Assembly: GCA_965203805.1 (NCBI GenBank)
Contig: OZ241917.1
Span: 1,760,001 to 1,824,000 of the forward strand
DNA length: 64,000 nucleotides
DNA from: Candidatus Latescibacterota bacterium
Lineage (GTDB): Bacteria; Latescibacterota; UBA2968; GCA-2709665
Direction of reading: 5' to 3'
The notes under the pieces are model-generated. The model saw nothing but the letters and a program-made list of their open reading frames with translations. It made no database searches and had not been told where the DNA came from. The stretch's first letter is position 1; each line of letters starts with the position of its first letter. Positions 62,081 to 64,000 of the stretch are shown here, piece by piece. The position numbers and the translations under genes were made by a program.

Positions 62081-62890
62081 TTGAATCGGTGTCCGTGGGG
62101 CGGTTGGGCTGTACGCCTGTCGCATGAATCACGGGGCTCGCCGGATTCTTGTGATTCACTGTCCGGGGTGGGATTGGGTGGCGCGCCCTGCGCCTTCCGT
62201 CAAGGTTGATCTCCCTGTAATCGCGTGATTCACAGTCCGAATTGCGTCTGGGTAGCATGCCGTGCATCCTCATGACGGCAAAAACGCGAATCATATGATT
62301 CGCGTTTCGAGGGGCGGCTGGCCTGAGCGCCTTCCGCTTTAATCACGGCAATCATTCGAGTCATATGTATCGCAGTCCGGGTTGTGGATGAGCGGCGCGC
62401 CCTGCGTCCTCATTGCGGTTGATCTTCCTGCGTTCACGTGAGTCACTGCCCCTGGTGGCCGATGGATGGCGGGTCCTGCGCTCGAATCACGATTTTTCAC
62501 CCCGTTTTCTTGCATCGCTGCCCCGCGTGTGGCCGAGCGGCGCGTCCTGCGCATCTATTGCGCTTGCTCTTCCTGTATTCACGTGGGTCACTGTCCCTGG
62601 TGGCCGCTGGGTGGCAGGTCCTGTGCTCTCATCACAGGGTTTCACCGCCGGCGTATGATTCGCATTCCGTGGCGCGGCCGGGCTGCAAGCCTTCCGCCTT
62701 GATCACGGAAATCATTCGAATCACACGAATCACAGGCGGGGTGCGGTTCGGCGACGTGTCTACCGCTTCAATTTCCCAGTAAATCAACATGAACACGGGC
62801 ATCACGGTCCTGGTGCGGCCGAGCGGCGTGGCATCCGCTCGATTCTGCCGGCTGTTGCCGGTACCCGCCAGACCTTGTGTATTCACGTGG
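62081..62890. repeat. Degenerate ~70-74 bp tandem array (about 11 units)
   Basis: Unit starts at 62081, 62151, 62225, 62295, 62365, 62438, 62510, 62583, 62655, 62725, 62797; junctions resemble GAATCAY|RTGATTC. Confidence 0.75.
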
Positions 62891-62966
62891 CAGTGCGGCA
62901 GGACGTGCGGTTTGAACAATGTCAATACGTCTAGTCAAAGTCATTCGTGTCAGGGAGGGCGTTCAG

Positions 62967-64000
62967 ATGAACAGGACATCAATATTGAGCACTGTTCTTC
63001 TAGTGGCGGCTGCCTTGTTCGCACAGGCCGCCCGTGCTCAGGACTACAATCGCTGGAGCCTGCCCGATGGCGCCCGCATGCGTCTGGGCAAAGGAACCGT
63101 GCGCGACGTGGCATGGTCGCCGGACGGAAACCGTCTGGCAGTGGGAGGCAGCATCGGCATCTGGCTCTACGATGCCCGCACCGGGGCGCAGACTCGCCTG
63201 ATCACAGGCCATTCGTTCCGAGTCAATGCGGTGGCGTTTTCGCCGGATGGATCAACGCTGGCCAGCGGTGGCACCGACCTCAGAGTGCAGTTGTGGGACA
63301 CGGCCACAGGGCAAGATATACGCACCCTCACGGGACATACCGCGTCGGTCAGGTCGGTGGCGTTTTCGCCGGATGGCGCGACGCTGGCAAGCGGCAGTTT
63401 CGACGGGACGGTGCGGGTGTGGGAGGTGGCCACAGGAAAGGAAAAACACGCCCTGTCGGGACATTCGCGGTTTGTCTGGTCGGTGGCGTTTTCGCCGGAC
63501 GGGAAAACGCTTGCAAGCGCGGGCGGCACCGACCTTACGGCGCGGGTGTGGGACGTGGCCGCAGGGCAGGAAAAACACGTCCTGACGGGACACGCGGCCA
63601 TCGTCTATTCGGTGGCGTTTTCGCCGGATGGCAGAACGCTGGCAAGTTCCAGTCAGGACAGGACGATTCGGTTGTGGGACGTGGTCACAGGGAACGAGAA
63701 AAATACGCTCCCAGGACATTCCCGCTGGATCTATTCGGTGGCGTTTTCACCCGATGGGACGACGCTTGCAGGCCCCGATGGCGATGGTACGGTGAGGGTG
63801 TGGGACGCGGCCACAGGACAGCTTATTCGCACCCACACCGCATATAAAGAGAGTTTCTTGTCGGTGGCGTTTTCGCCCGACGGGGCAACGCTCGCAACCG
63901 GCAGTCTGCGCAATCCGGTGTGGTTGTGGGACATGGCCACAGGGCAGGATATACGCACCTTCACGGGACATACCTTTCCGGTCAGTTCGGTGGTGTTTTC
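62967..64000 (+). CDS. Secreted WD40-repeat protein (runs off the right edge)
   Basis: GGAGG RBS; signal peptide MNRTSILSTVLLVAAALFAQAARA; SLPDGARMRLGKG; ~42-aa GH...VAFSPDG.TLASG...WD repeats. Confidence 0.93.
   Translation, partial: MNRTSILSTVLLVAAALFAQAARAQDYNRWSLPDGARMRLGKGTVRDVAWSPDGNRLAVGGSIGIWLYDARTGAQTRLITGHSFRVNAVAFSPDGSTLASGGTDLRVQLWDTATGQDIRTLTGHTASVRSVAFSPDGATLASGSFDGTVRVWEVATGKEKHALSGHSRFVWSVAFSPDGKTLASAGGTDLTARVWDVAAGQEKHVLTGHAAIVYSVAFSPDGRTLASSSQDRTIRLWDVVTGNEKNTLPGHSRWIYSVAFSPDGTTLAGPDGDGTVRVWDAATGQLIRTHTAYKESFLSVAFSPDGATLATGSLRNPVWLWDMATGQDIRTFTGHTFPVSSVVF

Noticed and set aside
62081-62890. CRISPR array
   Set aside because: No invariant direct repeat, the inter-junction segments are related to each other rather than unique, and there are no cas genes in the window
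63200-64000. ~126-bp DNA repeats as a non-coding array or DGR template
   Set aside because: Fully explained by in-frame WD40 repeats; no reverse transcriptase present

Overview
GC-rich bacterial chromosome segment. The dockerin-like and secreted WD40 motifs suggest a Latescibacterota/Gemmatimonadota/Poribacteria-type, possibly sponge-associated lineage (inference only). Layout: (1) 1-4.4 kb: an ORF running off the left edge, a beta-propeller protein, a GNAT and an orphan HigA antitoxin. (2) ~4.5-10.4 kb: an AT-richer island with an IS1595 transposase remnant, hypothetical genes, a structured non-coding stretch, a decayed dockerin-metallopeptidase gene, and a BamHI-like type II R-M system with a ribbon-helix-helix gene upstream of the methyltransferase. 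(3) 10.5-21 kb: catabolic genes interspersed with two MITE/REP-like repeat families. (4) 21.6-47 kb: housekeeping core (relA/spoT, mutS, mtaB, rpsA, plsC, cmk, scpAB, gcvH, accBC, efp, bioB, mnmG, smpB, a DnaC/IstB-like ATPase, rdgB, a lytic transglycosylase). (5) 47-61.3 kb: a sugar/glycosaminoglycan catabolic cluster with two heparinase II/III-like genes. (6) A 1.7-kb intergenic region with a near-consensus sigma70 promoter, a hairpin leader, two paralogous micro-ORFs and a degenerate ~72-bp tandem array with palindromic junctions, followed by a secreted WD40 protein gene. Region 6 is the least explained structure in the window. All calls come from reading motifs by eye; no searches were run.
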